A DNA stretch of 64,000 nucleotides from an uncultured Chthonomonadaceae bacterium (GTDB lineage: Bacteria; Armatimonadota; Chthonomonadetes; Chthonomonadales; Chthonomonadaceae): the NCBI GenBank assembly GCA_963817895.1, contig CAWFQB010000001.1, positions 1,634,021-1,698,020 on the forward strand, written 5' to 3'. This document shows, in pieces, positions 1 through 11,230 of this stretch. Under the pieces are notes generated by a model that did not search any database, was not told the DNA's origin, and worked only from the letters and a program-made list of their open reading frames with translations. The position numbers were made by a program, and so were the translations under genes. The first letter of the stretch is position 1. Each line of letters opens with the position of its first letter.

Positions 1-1404
1 CCAACAGCGTCAAAGTGGTTGTCCTGAATGGCGGCGCGCCTGTCGCCAGCGCGGTGCTGACCCGTCCGGCCATTGGCGACCCGACAACAAGCGTGTGCGA
101 TCTCAATGACCTGCCTCCGGGCGCGTACAGCGCGAAAGCCACCGCCTATCCGAGCGCGGATGCGGCGAGCGGCACAGCGCAGGCAACGGTGACGGTTCCG
201 CTGACGATTACCGCCGATCAGTCTACGCCTCTCACAATGACGATGGACAGCACAGTCGAGCGTCATTCAGGTGACGGCGGCGGGGGGAGCGGTTTCTCTG
301 GCTCCTGCCGCGACATTGCAGTTAAGCGCGACGCCCATAGACGCCACCGGAGCGGCTGTGCTGACGACACCGGCCAATATGACCTGGGACACCGGCGATC
401 ACAGCAAAGCGACAATAGACGCCAACGGCCTGTTGACCGGCGTTGCCGCCGGTTCTATAACCATAACGGCTCTCGATACCGAGCATCAGAAGTCGGGTAC
501 GCTCAATCTGACAGTCCGTTCTTCCTTTCACATCCTGGTGGCGGACAGCAACAATAGCCGCATTATACGTATGGATGATATAAGCGGAAGCGGCTGGGTT
601 TCCTATGGAACTGCCGGTAACTCCAGTTCCGGGGTCGGGCATTTCAACTATCCAGGCAACGTTGTCGAGGACAATCAGGGGCGTATCTATGTGGCAGACA
701 GCAGCAATCACCGCATCGTGCGCATGGACGATATGAGCGGAACCGGCTGGGTTTCCTACGGCGCGTTAGGTTCCGGGGCAGGACACTTTCAATGGCCGAC
801 AGGCATAGCGGTGGATGCGACGGGCCATATCTATGTGGCCGATCAATATAACAGCCGCATCGCGCGCATAGATGATATGAGCGGAAGCGGCTGGACTACC
901 TGCAATGCCTCCACCAGCGGGCTGGGCGCTTTCAGTCTACCTGCCGGCGTTGCCCTGGATACCCACGGACGTATCTATGTGGCCGATCAGGGCCGCAGCC
1001 GCATCGCGCGTATGGATGACATGAATGGAACCAATATCGTTGCGTATGGTTCCCCTGGTTCCTCCAGTTCCGGCGCGGGACACTTTGAATGGCCCTGTGG
1101 CATCGCCGTAGATGCGGGCGGGCATATTTATGTGGCGGATACCGAGAACCAACGTATCGCGCGCATAGATGACATGAGTGGAAGCGGCTGGGCCTCATAC
1201 GGCTCCAATGGTTCCGGCGCGGGGAACTTCCGTTGGCCCGGAGGCATCGCCGTAGATGCGGGCGGACATATCTATGTGGCGGATACCTCCAACAGCCGCA
1301 TCGTGTCTATGGATAACATCACCGGGAGCGGCTGGACCAGCTACGGCTCCTACGGTAATGGCACAGGGCAGTTCTCGTATCCTTCCAATATCTCCGACGA
1401 TTAG
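1..1404 (+). CDS. Surface/secreted protein with Ig-like (Big_2-type) domain and C-terminal NHL-repeat beta-propeller; 5'-truncated by the window edge, apparent frameshift near 265
   Basis: ORF 15..557 frame is open from the window edge and switches to ORF 271..1404. LQLSAT..D..G...TW....KATIDANGLLTGVAAGSITITA is Ig-like. About six repeats of F.WP.GIAVD..G.IYVAD..N.RI.R.DD are NHL-type. Confidence 0.8.
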
Positions 1405-1464
1405 CCGGGACAGGTCGCCCTGCATGCGGCCTGCTATCCACCAACTTCGATAGCAGGCGCGGAA

Positions 1465-1502
1465 ACGCGCCGAGGAGAGCCTGATACTCTCCTCGGCGCG
1501 TT
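1465..1502. terminator. GC-rich hairpin, probable terminator after the NHL gene
   Basis: aacgcgccgaggagag-cctgata-ctctcctcggcgcgtt inverted repeat. Confidence 0.55.
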
Positions 1503-1529
1503 CGGCTGTTTTTGCGGTACAATAAGCGT

Positions 1530-2946
1530 ATGTCTATCCAAACAATCGAACCATTTCCAGAGTCTTTAAGTACGCAAAACCAAAATATGGGCAATAAAGG
1601 GCGCGTCAGCCTTATCAATCTGGGCTGCGCCAAAAATGAGGTGGACAGCGAGGAGATGCTCGGCCTGCTGCAAAGCGAAGGCTACGGCGTTGAGTCCGCC
1701 CATAACAGCAAAGCCGTGCGCGGCGATACCGATGTAGTCATTATCAATACCTGCGGGTTTATTGATGCCGCCAAAGAGGAGTCCATCAACACCATTCTGG
1801 AAGCCTTGCAGCGCAAAGAGCGGGGCGAAATCAAGAAGGTGGTTGTGGCGGGGTGTCTGGTGCAGCGGTACGCCAAAGAACTGGCGCTGGAAATGCCCGA
1901 TGTGGACGCTTTTATCGGCACGGGGCAGATGGGCCAGATCGGGCAGGTCGTGGGCAACTCGCTGATTCGGCCCGGACAACTGCTGCAAATCGGGGCCAAG
2001 CCGCATCATCAATGGCTGGACACGCCAACGCGCGCCCGGTTGGGCAGTCCGTGGACGGCGTACCTGAAAATCTCCGAAGGCTGCGACCACGCCTGCACGT
2101 TCTGCGCCATTCCGAGTTTCCGGGGCCGGCACGTCAGCAAGCCGATGGAAAAAATCATTGCCGAAGCCGAACTGCTTGTCGTCGCAGGGCGTGAAGGAGA
2201 TCAATCTCATCGCGCAGGATTCGACGCAGTACGGCTATGATCTGTACGGCAAAATGATGCTGCCCCAACTGCTGCGCGAACTGTCGCAAATCAACGACGT
2301 GCAGTGGCTGCGCCTGTTTTACTGCTACCCGTCCCGCGTCAATCGGGGTATCATAGACGCCATTGCCACCACGCCCAAACTGCTGCACTACATTGATATG
2401 CCGCTGCAACACGCCGACAACGAGATGCTGCGCCTGATGCGCCGCCCAATGACGTACGACGGCTACCTGAAACTGCTGACGGATTTCCGAGCCGCCGCGC
2501 CCGATGTCGCCATTCGCACGACGTTCATTGTGGGCTTTCCGGGTGAAACCAAAGAGCATTTCGCCACGCTGGAACGCTTTGTCGAGGAAGCGCAGTTCGA
2601 CCGCGTGGGCGTGTTCGAGTATTCCGTTGAGGACGGGACGCCGAGCGGGGATATGGAACCAAAAGTGCCCTCGCGCACCAAGCGAACCCGCAAGGAAAAA
2701 CTCATGGCGCGGCAGCAGCCCATCTCCCTCGCCTGCAATCAGAAGTGGGTGGGCCGCGAACTGGATGTGCTGGTAGAAAGCCGTTCGCCGCTGGACATTA
2801 CCACGATGATAGGCCGCAGTTTCCGCGACGCGCCGGAAATTGACGGACAGGTTTACGTAAAGAAGTGCGCCGCCAAACCCGGTTCGTTCGTCCGCGCCCG
2901 CGTCATCGAAGCCCGTCCCTACGATCTGGTTGCCGAACCCGTGTAA
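1530..2946 (+). CDS. rimO: Ribosomal protein S12 methylthiotransferase RimO (radical SAM); one apparent indel near 2180
   Basis: LGCAKNEVDSE, INTCGFIDAAKEESI, LKISEGCDHACTFCAIP (CxxxCxxC). After the frame switch: GVKEINLIAQDST, RTTFIVGFPGET, TRAM domain with DAPEIDG. Confidence 0.95.
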
Positions 2947-2981
2947 CTGCCTGCTGCCATAATATGCGGAGGAGCACTGAC

Positions 2982-3644
2982 ATGAGTAAAATCATTGTTC
3001 GCCCTATGTCGAACGGCTGTTAAATATAAATCTACATTCCGTCTCATGGCAGCGGAAATGCAGCAACTCACACAAGAAAGATCAGGAAGACCAGGCCAGC
3101 ATAGATGAAAACCAGCGCACAAATAAAAAAGTTAAGAGAGGAAACACGCGCTCTGCTTGCAAGTATCAAAGCCTCTAAGAACAAGGAGAAAAATTATGAA
3201 TGAGAGTGTCTTGCACTGTCCAACTGAAAACAGCCTCTGACTACAAGGCGGCGATTAACCAATGCCTCAAAGGAATTCACAGAAACTGCAAGCGCAGATT
3301 GAGGCTGACGACATTGAAATTGAGCGGCTGAAACGTGAGACAAGAGCGTTGTTAGCGCAGATGAAAGTGGCATAAGCCATGATTGAAGCAACTTTAATGC
3401 GTCTTGCGACGTCAGGTTGTCACCTTAATGGCAGACGTTCAGAAATTGAAAACAGATGTTAAAGATTTACGCGATGAGTTGAAGAGACCTGACGGAATTG
3501 GTTCGCCAGATACGTTTCGATCAGCAGCGAGATCGCGACAACGCAGCCCATGAGCGCGAAAACCTGCTGTTGCGACTGGAGAACGCGCTTCTGAAATTCG
3601 AGCGACGCCTACCGTCCGGCGACACAAAGGGCGATGTTGAGTAG
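2982..3644 (+). other. Three tandem small coiled-coil ORFs broken by indels (two paralogous ETRALLA-motif proteins plus one ending LENALLKFERRLP)
   Basis: Manual translation gives KLREETRALLASIKA (~3130-3172), RLKRETRALLAQMKVA* (~3325-3375) and RENLLLRLENALLKFERRLPSGDTKGDVE* (to 3644). GGAGG RBS before ATG 2982. Confidence 0.5.
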
Positions 3645-3656
3645 CAGAGGAAAATT

Positions 3657-4356
3657 GTGACGGAAGCCATTCAGGTGGCGGTAATCGGGTTAGGCGGGAC
3701 GGCGCTGATTGCGACTGTCGGGTTTGCGAATTTTTATAACTCCCGGCAACTGCTCAACGCCGCCAACAAACAGCTTATTGCCATGCAGGATCAGCTCGCG
3801 CAGGCGCAGCGCCAACTGCTGAACGCGGAAAAGCAGCCGCAAATGCAGTTGTTGCAACGCTCTGTCGAGGAAACAAACGATTATTTGCGCGCGCTGCTGG
3901 AGCATCCGCAATCTGCGCCCGTTCTTTTATGACAATCGCCCGCTTCCCGCCGGGGAGGATGTTCTCCACGCGCAGATAATGATGATGGCCGAACTGATGC
4001 TGAACAATTTCGCGTCCAGCATCATCCATTCCATTCAGTTTCCTGAGTATCCCATCGGCAGCGTGGAAAACGGCATCAAGTACCACCTGCGCAACAGCCC
4101 CGCTCTGTGTACGTTTCTGTTCACGTACTTTGACCAGTTTCAGGTGACGGGGCTGACGCTGCTCTGCCTGAGACACGATACCCGCAGCGGAGTTGTCGCC
4201 GATCTGGAAAACCTGATTGCGCTTGCCGCGTCCAATCCTGATGAGCAACGCCGCCGCATGGAACTGCTCCACACGCTGCAAACGGATGTGTCTGACAATC
4301 CGCTCGTGTTCGCCGGACAGGGGCTGCAAAAAGCGCGTCCGCTGCTGGTGAAGTAG
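3657..4356 (+). CDS. Hypothetical protein with N-terminal TM helix and coiled coil; indel near 3910 joins ORFs 3657..3932 and 3979..4356
   Basis: Reading through the shift gives LLEHP.LRPFFYDNRPLPAGEDVLHAQIMMMAEL, continuous with the second ORF. Confidence 0.6.
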
Positions 4357-4473
4357 CCCAATTCGCGGAAAATTTCATATTCACGCGAAGCAGGCATAAG
4401 CGTGCGCCGTTCGCGAATTATAGGGTGAATCGGGTACAGTATTCAGAGCGAAATCAACAAGGGATAAACAACG

Positions 4474-5562
4474 ATGAAACTGTTCGGAATCTCGCTGGGA
4501 AAAGAAAAAGCGGTTACGTTCAATGAGTTTCGGGATCAGGTGCGTCTGGCTGTCCGGCGCGCGCATCCCGGCGCGCGCATCGAAGCCAAAGATGACGGGT
4601 TTGTCCTCTACCGGGAGGGCGAGGCGCCGGTTGTCGGCAACATCAAGCAGTTGTACCACAACTACTATAAGAATCCGGGCGACCGTGACGCGCTTATCGG
4701 GGGATGGATCGCTTCGCTGACTTTCGAGACGCCGCAGCATAGCTGGATGGAGGCCGCCAACACCCTCCGCCCGACCCTGAAAAACACGACGTTCGTGGAT
4801 GCCGCCAACAAATCGTTGGGCAAGCAGGAGGACTCGCTGCCCTCAAAACCGTTTCTGGGCGACCTGCATGTGATCGTGATGCGCGACCTGCCGGGTACAG
4901 CGGTTGCCGTGACGCAGAAGATGATGGACGATTGGGGCGTCACCCTGCCGCAGTGCGTGACCGAAGCGATGAGCAATCTGGGCGTACAGAGTTTCCCCGA
5001 TGTTTCCAACGCCATGACGACAGGCGAGCGGCAAAAGGGGCATGATGGGCGAAGAGGTTGGACTGGATTTCAAAGGCGACCATCTAACGGCGACGTGGCT
5101 GATTTCGGAACGCTTTCGCGATTTTGTCGGGCAACGCTTGCAGGGCGATTATATTGTGGCGGTTCCCAACCGGGGACGATTGACCGCTGTACGCGCCGAT
5201 GAGCCGGGGCTGATCGCGTCCATTCAGCAGACCGCCCGCAACTACGGCTCTCAGCCCTATCCGCTCACGGGCATGCTGTTTCACGTCAGCGCGGCCACAA
5301 CGGGCGGTCAGGTGACAGTGTTTCAGCCGGGAGCGGCAGGCGGCACAACCGCCACTCTGGACGCCGGCAGCCAGTTCGCGGCAGGCAAAACGCCAGCCAC
5401 GCCGCCCAGCGTCGGCAATATTGCCGCAGGCATGGCTCCCCTGCCTTCCTCTCCGCGCAGCCCAAATCTCTGAACGAGTGGTACGGCCTGAGCGAATCCA
5501 CCCTTGACGAACCCGAACCGACCAATACGCCGCCGACCGTGAAGACGGCGAGGAAAAAATAG
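4474..5562 (+). CDS. Hypothetical protein, DUF1444/YtpQ-like; apparent indels near 5030 and 5468
   Basis: Consecutive overlapping ORFs 4474..5202 and 5042..5473 plus a short tail to TAG 5562. LRPTLK...PFLGDLHVIVMRD....VTQKMMDDWGV...AMSNL and IVAVPNRGRL resemble DUF1444. Confidence 0.5.
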
Positions 5563-5565
5563 GAA

Positions 5566-5672
5566 TTAGGTTGTTAGGTTGTTAGGACGATACAAGATAG
5601 CCCACTTGATTTTGCGCGGCAAGGCTATCATCCCAAGACCTAACAACCTAACAACCTAACAACCTAACAACC
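5566..5672. repeat. Inverted tandem-repeat hairpin, unit TTAGGTTG / CAACCTAA
   Basis: (ttaggttg)2-3 at 5566-5586 and (cctaacaa)4 at 5639-5670. Confidence 0.85.
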
Positions 5673-5677
5673 TTCCC

Positions 5678-6715
5678 ATGCTGCCCGACATTCTGCACAA
5701 ACTGGTAGAGCGACAGGATTTGACGCGAACCGAAGCCTCGGAAGTGATGACTGCGCTGATGGCGGGGCAGGCTACGCCGGGGCAGATCGGCGCGTTGCTG
5801 GTTGCGCTGCGCATGAAGGGCGAAACGGTTGCGGAAGTGACGGGATTCGTGCAGGCGATGCGGGCAGTCATGGTTCCGGTTCCCACGCGGAAAACGTCCC
5901 TGCTGGATACGTGCGGCACAGGCGGCAGCCAATGTCGCGTGTTCAATGTGTCTACGGCATCCGCGTTTGCCCTCGCGTCGTTGGGTATTCCGGTTGCCAA
6001 GCACGGCAACCGGGCGATGTCGGGCATTTGCGGCAGCGCGGATGTGCTGGAAGCGTGTGGCATCCGCGTGAATTTGTCGCCGGAACAGTGCGCCCGGTGC
6101 ATTGACGAGGTTGGCATCGGCTTTTTATTCGCGCCCGGACACCATCCCGCCCTGAAGCATGTCGGTCCGATACGCCGCGAAATAGGGGTTCGGAGCGTGT
6201 TCAACCTGCTCGGTCCCCTGTGCAATCCGGCGCGCGCGACGCGGCAAACATTGGGCGTATACGACCGTCGTTTGTGTCCCCTCGCGATTGGAGCCTTGCG
6301 CGATCTTGGCAGCGAACGCGCCCTTGCGATGCATGGCGAAATTGGGCTGGATGAAATCGCTACAAATGGCATAACTTATGTTAGCGAACTGCGCGACGGC
6401 GAAATTATACACTACACCTTGAACCGCGAGACTTTGGGATTGCGCGGCGGTGAACCCTGCCCGGAAGACCTCGCCCCGCGCTCTACGCCCGAAGAAAACG
6501 CCCAATTGCTGCGCGATGTGCTGGCGGGTAAGGATGGAACTCGCGCCGAACACGCCCGTCAGGAGTTGGCGGCTGTGAACATCGCGGCCTCCCTGCGCGT
6601 GTGCGGCCTTGCGGATACATGGCCGGAAGCGGTTGAACTTGCGCGGGAAACACTGCGTTCCGGCAAGGCGCTGGCGAAGATGGATGAATTGCGGGCGTTT
6701 ACGCGGGCGTTTTGA
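5678..6715 (+). CDS. trpD: Anthranilate phosphoribosyltransferase
   Basis: DTCGTGG, FNVST, VAKHGNR..S...GSADVLE, FNLLGPL.NP motifs. Confidence 0.97.
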   Translation: MLPDILHKLVERQDLTRTEASEVMTALMAGQATPGQIGALLVALRMKGETVAEVTGFVQAMRAVMVPVPTRKTSLLDTCGTGGSQCRVFNVSTASAFALASLGIPVAKHGNRAMSGICGSADVLEACGIRVNLSPEQCARCIDEVGIGFLFAPGHHPALKHVGPIRREIGVRSVFNLLGPLCNPARATRQTLGVYDRRLCPLAIGALRDLGSERALAMHGEIGLDEIATNGITYVSELRDGEIIHYTLNRETLGLRGGEPCPEDLAPRSTPEENAQLLRDVLAGKDGTRAEHARQELAAVNIAASLRVCGLADTWPEAVELARETLRSGKALAKMDELRAFTRAF

Positions 6716-6763
6716 CCTCACCCCCGGCCCCTCTCCTTGCCGCGCAACGCGCTATGAGAGGGG
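6715..6763. repeat. REP-like palindrome, copy 1 (copy 2 at 38726-38773)
   Basis: acctcacccc..cccctctccttgccgcgcaacgcgc...gagagggg shared by both sites; cccctctc/gagagggg stem. Confidence 0.75.
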
Positions 6764-6808
6764 AGGCGCATTTACGCAAATATTCAATGAAGAGAAAGAA
6801 AGCACTAC

Positions 6809-7606
6809 ATGAGCGTTTTATCGGAGATTTTGGCGACGAAGCGGACGGAAGTGGCGTGGCAGCGGCAGCGAACACCTTTACCTATGATGCAGGAACAGGT
6901 TATAGATATGCCGTCGGCGCGGGATTTTCGCGCTGCCATTCAGGCGGCACGAGAAACAAAGGGGATAGCGCTGATTGCGGAAGTGAAGAAAGCCTCGCCA
7001 TCCAAAGGCGTGATTTGCGCCAACTTCGATCCCCTCGTAATTGCGAAAACCTACGCGGATGCGGGCGCGACGTGCCTGTCCGTTCTGACGGATGAGCCGT
7101 ATTTTCAGGGCAAGTTAGAGTATCTGACGGAGATACGCAAGATCGTGGATGTGCCGCTTCTGCGCAAAGATTTTATCATTGATCCCTGGCAGGTGGTAGA
7201 GAGCCGATTGGCGGGCGCGGACGCGATTTTACTGATTGTGGCCGCTCTCCCGTGTCAGGATTTACGCGCCTGTCTCGCCCTCACGCGGGAATACAGCATG
7301 ACCGCGCTCGTGGAAGTACATGATGCCGACGAACTGAAGGAAGCCTTAGACGCAGGGGCGGATTTCATCGGCATCAACAACCGCGACCTGCACACGTTTC
7401 GCACCAATATTGCCGTCACGCTCGATCTGCTGAAACAAACGCCCCGCAATGACAATAACACTCTGTTCGTCAGCGAAAGCGGTATCTTCACCCGGCAGGA
7501 TGTGGAAACACTGGCAGGCGCAGGGGTGGACGCGGTTCTCGTCGGCGAAGCCCTCATGCGCGAGTCCGACATCGCCGCCAAAGTGCATGAACTGCTGAAG
7601 AGTTGA
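6809..7606 (+). CDS. trpC: Indole-3-glycerol-phosphate synthase
   Basis: IAEVKKASPSKG, SVLTDEPYFQG, LRKDFIID, GINNRDL, SESGI motifs. Confidence 0.97.
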   Translation: MSVLSEILATKRTEVAWQRQRTPLPMMQEQVIDMPSARDFRAAIQAARETKGIALIAEVKKASPSKGVICANFDPLVIAKTYADAGATCLSVLTDEPYFQGKLEYLTEIRKIVDVPLLRKDFIIDPWQVVESRLAGADAILLIVAALPCQDLRACLALTREYSMTALVEVHDADELKEALDAGADFIGINNRDLHTFRTNIAVTLDLLKQTPRNDNNTLFVSESGIFTRQDVETLAGAGVDAVLVGEALMRESDIAAKVHELLKS

Positions 7607-7702
7607 TAGCTGATAGTTGATAGGTCATTCACCTTGTGTAGACCCGCCTCCACAAACTTTTCATGGGCAAGACTTACGGGTAGCGGCTATCAACTATCAA
7701 CT
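7601..7702. repeat. Inverted tandem-repeat hairpin, unit TTGATAG / CTATCAA, overlapping the trpC stop
   Basis: ttgatag ctgatag ttgatag (7603-7623) and ctatcaa ctatcaa (7687-7700). Confidence 0.75.
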
Positions 7703-8136
7703 TCCTCCCCCTACATCGCTTATTACTGCCCAATACAAGCGTAGATTTGTCGGAAAGGCGCTGCTCGTTCTAACTTTGTGCTTGAGCAGTGCCTTGCGCC
7801 GCGCTTTTTAACCTCACGCTCCCCCCTATCGTTTTCAGCCGCCCCGTGAAACGCGCCGTCCCATGAATGTCGTGTTAGCGTGTGCCTCATTTCTATCTCC
7901 TCTCGCCTGCATAACGGCCAATATTGCCTGATGCGCTTTGCATGTTTGTCTCTCCTCTGCTGAATACTGATGATGGCCTCTCCTGTTAGAACACTTCGCT
8001 TACGCTGCATTTTGGGCGCGCAAGAACCATGCTGACAGGTGGTTTTTAAGCCATATTCGCCGCGATTGGCATGGCTAGTATTTTAGACAGGTTCTCACAT
8101 ACACTTTTGCCGTATATTCGGCTGAACAGGCACATT

Positions 8137-8152
8137 TGGCATGAATTGTGCA
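8137..8152 (+). promoter_or_regulatory. Candidate sigma-54 (-24/-12) promoter upstream of the PEP-CTERM gene
   Basis: TGGCATGAATTGTGCA has GG-N10-GC spacing; sigma-54 promoters are known upstream of PEP-CTERM genes in other phyla. Confidence 0.5.
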
Positions 8153-8548
8153 GTATAGTTTTTACGATGATCGACAGATTCCGGCTATCAAAGGCTCGTT
8201 TGATCCCTTGTGTGGGAAATTACACCGTGTAAATAAGGGAGCAAACGACTACTTCATCACAACCACATGCATCCAATGACCACGGTCGCCAATTTCGGGT
8301 TATGCTTCCGACAGCACCTGAAGGCCGTTGAAATCGGCTGCGCTTTTCCTGTTCAGTAGATGACCCGCCGCGCTTATGACAGGGGTTTGCTCGCGCGCGC
8401 TACGGCTGCTCCGCCCAGGTATGGCGTTGTAAAACAGCCACTCCCGTAGCCGCGCAGATTTCACTCTTGTAGTACTTATAGACACGATGCCCGCTCTTGA
8501 AGTCGGGTCAGGCCGCGCGCTTGCGCGTGTGAGCCGAAAGGATTATCC

Positions 8549-9286
8549 ATGAAAGTCCGTAACATGTTTGGCCCCGCTCTCGCGGCAGGGCTGTTAAGTC
8601 TGGCTGGCGCGAGCCATGCGCAGCTCTCGTTCACCATCACACAGCCGTCCGTGACTACTCCCGGTGGAACTGCCGATAGTTTCTACAATGGAGTGAATAG
8701 CGACAATAGCCTGTTTTCCGCGTCTCTGATCCAGAACAACTCGCCGCAAAGCTTTAATAAAGCCTCCTCCGTCAGTTTCGGCTTAACCTCCAACATTGGC
8801 GCGAACGGCACGTCGGACACTTTTACCAACAAGGCAGCCAACTTCACGTTCGATTTGACCGTCCCCGGCAATACAGGTCCTTTTCCCGGCACTCCTGTTC
8901 CCGGCGCAGCGACCCGGCAGTTCGTGGTGATGGGTTTCATCAATGGCTCGTCTTCCCTGGATGCCAACGGCGTTGGCTCATCGGACGCCGCTTTCAGACC
9001 AGATTCCTTTTTGGTTGATGGCGTAAACACGCCCTTTATTGTGGGCGCAGTCAGCCCGGCGGGGCGCGTCAGCGATCTGGTCCAGAATCTCAATTTTGGG
9101 GGTACGCATGTGGACGTTTTCTTCGACGCGGTAGATGCCCTGACCACTCCCGGCAACAATGCGCCTCTCACCATCGGTGGTTATGTCACCCCGACCTCTG
9201 TACCGGAGCCGGGTACAGTCGCGTTACTGACGGGGCTTGGCGTCACCGGCACCGTGTTTCTGCGTCGCAAGCGCGCTAACGCCTGA
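8549..9286 (+). CDS. PEP-CTERM (exosortase-target) surface protein
   Basis: Signal peptide ending ASHA-Q; C-terminal VPEPG + TM helix + RRKR. Confidence 0.9.
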   Translation: MKVRNMFGPALAAGLLSLAGASHAQLSFTITQPSVTTPGGTADSFYNGVNSDNSLFSASLIQNNSPQSFNKASSVSFGLTSNIGANGTSDTFTNKAANFTFDLTVPGNTGPFPGTPVPGAATRQFVVMGFINGSSSLDANGVGSSDAAFRPDSFLVDGVNTPFIVGAVSPAGRVSDLVQNLNFGGTHVDVFFDAVDALTTPGNNAPLTIGGYVTPTSVPEPGTVALLTGLGVTGTVFLRRKRANA

Positions 9287-9353
9287 CAAGCGTTACAGGC
9301 GCTAATTCCTGATAAGCGTTATAGCGCCGGACTTGCGTTGTGATACTAAGACA

Positions 9354-9383
9354 GGAGGCGCTGACATTCATGTCAGCGCCTCC
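9354..9383. terminator. Hairpin, probable terminator
   Basis: ggaggcgctgaca-ttca-tgtcagcgcctcc. Confidence 0.6.
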
Positions 9384-9606
9384 GTCGTATCCCTTTATAC
9401 TCATGTTTCTACATTACCAAAGCCTTCTGTTACACTCACCTCTTGAACTCGTACTCCTGACAGCATGGTTCTGCCGCATTACCGGGAATAAGAGGGTTGT
9501 ACGGATACAAAGTACATATTGACACCAACTGGCGGCTTAAATGATAGAATGTATGCAGTCTCTTCACTAACAGGATGTAAAAATTCAATTATTTTGATTT
9601 CACCCC

Positions 9607-9635
9607 TTGACATTGGGGCTGGCATCTGATATGAT
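9607..9635 (+). promoter_or_regulatory. sigma-70-type promoter
   Basis: TTGACA-N17-TATGAT upstream of ORF 9866. Confidence 0.55.
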
Positions 9636-9865
9636 GTACCCATAACCTCGTAGTTATGCGGTAGAAGTGAAGAGTCTCCTCCTATTGCAGTTCCTACAAT
9701 CTTCTTGATTAGCCCCTTTGTGTTTTCAACAAACGGTTTCTTGTGGCCCGTTGACGGATCGTGATGTTCGTCGTGTAATTTCCATCTTCAGATGGCATTA
9801 CGTCGTACATTATCGTTTACGCTCAATTGTCTTCTTACCTACCTCAGAAGACAGGGAACTAAAAC

Positions 9866-10372
9866 ATGAAAACCAAAACCATCTCCTTTACCACGTTTCT
9901 GCTTGCCGTATGCGTTCTGTTCGTTCAAACCGCCTGTCAGGCCTATACCATTCCGGGCTGGGTTAATCTCGGCGGCGCCTTTACGCAGAATGGCGGTTCC
10001 ATACAGTGTTCGATCAACGTTTATGATTACGGCGCTTACCTTGCCAACGGCCTGTACTTCAATGGCGCCGCCGGGCTGGTCAAGAGCAACCCGACGCATA
10101 TTGTCTACACTATGGCTCCGGGCGCAACGGTTTGCAATGATATTACTCTTACCGGCACAGGCGCCATCTCCAAAGGCGGAGTCGTCATCTCAGGGCAAAT
10201 CTGGGTGCATTTGTGGCGTGGCGTGGTCAATGGCGTGAACGGCAACTGGTGCGAAGCGCAGTTGAGCAGCAACGATGCGACCCCGGTTCTGCTGTGGGCA
10301 ACGGGCAGTTCGTGGCCCGCAACGGGCAGTTCTCCGGTGTACATGGGCTTCACAATCCGTCTGCCCAAATGA
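9866..10372 (+). CDS. Secreted hypothetical protein
   Basis: Signal peptide (TACQA-Y), beta-rich mature part, followed by a terminator-like hairpin at ~10412-10447. Confidence 0.65.
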   Translation: MKTKTISFTTFLLAVCVLFVQTACQAYTIPGWVNLGGAFTQNGGSIQCSINVYDYGAYLANGLYFNGAAGLVKSNPTHIVYTMAPGATVCNDITLTGTGAISKGGVVISGQIWVHLWRGVVNGVNGNWCEAQLSSNDATPVLLWATGSSWPATGSSPVYMGFTIRLPK

Positions 10373-10569
10373 TCCAATTATTTTGGATTAGCAACCATCT
10401 TTGTACAATTTCAAAGCCTCTTCCTGCCAACAGCAGGGAGAGGCTTTGGTTGTTTCTCGAAAGCAGCCAAAGACAGGCTATAATATATGCAACTCCCGGC
10501 GCGCCATGAGCGAGGCAAGCAGTCCTGCCGGAAAGTAATATTTCTCGTTCGTTCACAAGTTCAACCAAA

Positions 10570-11223
10570 ATGTCGAAAAATAGAACACGTATCAAAATAT
10601 GCGGCATCACCAATTTAGAAGACGCGCAGGCGGCGGTGGAGTATGGGGCCGATGCGCTTGGTTTTATTGGAGTTGTGGAGTCACCACGCTACGTTGCACC
10701 GGAAACCGCTTATGAAATTGGCCGGCACATACCTCCATTTGTCACCAAAGTTGTTGTTGTAAAGGATTGGGCGGATAAACTATCTACTATGCCAAAACTG
10801 TTTGATGCTTTCCAATACTACTCCAATGAACGCGGCTTAAAACGCGCTGACGGAGTCAGAGGCTACAGTCACTATCGTGGAATTCGCGCATATCGTATCC
10901 GCGATACGCAGAGTTTGGACGAGATTGCTCAGACGTATCAGGAGGCTTCCGCGATCCTGCTGGACACCTACCACAAAGACAAACTTGGCGGCAGTGGCGA
11001 AACGTTCAATTGGGAGTTGGCTTTAGAGGCGAAACAGCGGTTCGGACTGCCGATTATCCTTGCGGGCGGGCTGACGGCGGAGAATGTCGGGGAAGCGATA
11101 CGAACCGTCCGCCCGTATGCTGTAGACGTGTCCAGCGGCGTGGAAGCCAGCCCCGGACGCAAAGACCATGCGAAAATACGGGCGTTTGTGGAAGCGGTGC
11201 AGGAAGCGGATGCAGATAGTTGA
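10570..11223 (+). CDS. trpF: Phosphoribosylanthranilate isomerase
   Basis: IKICGIT, GADALGFI, GGSGETFNW, LAGGL..ENV, VDVSSGVE. Confidence 0.95.
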   Translation: MSKNRTRIKICGITNLEDAQAAVEYGADALGFIGVVESPRYVAPETAYEIGRHIPPFVTKVVVVKDWADKLSTMPKLFDAFQYYSNERGLKRADGVRGYSHYRGIRAYRIRDTQSLDEIAQTYQEASAILLDTYHKDKLGGSGETFNWELALEAKQRFGLPIILAGGLTAENVGEAIRTVRPYAVDVSSGVEASPGRKDHAKIRAFVEAVQEADADS

Positions 11224-11230
11224 GAGTTTC

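Noticed and set aside
540..1400. Regularly spaced DNA repeats as a CRISPR array
   Set aside because: They are in-frame NHL protein repeats. No repeat-spacer array or cas gene occurs in the window; the heptamer arrays also lack spacers.
2150..2240. Programmed frameshift or pseudogene in rimO
   Set aside because: No slippery sequence; many similar indels nearby point to consensus error.
8196..8460. Named riboswitch (e.g. c-di-GMP) upstream of the PEP-CTERM gene
   Set aside because: Could not match the consensus motifs by eye; kept only as an unassigned structured leader.
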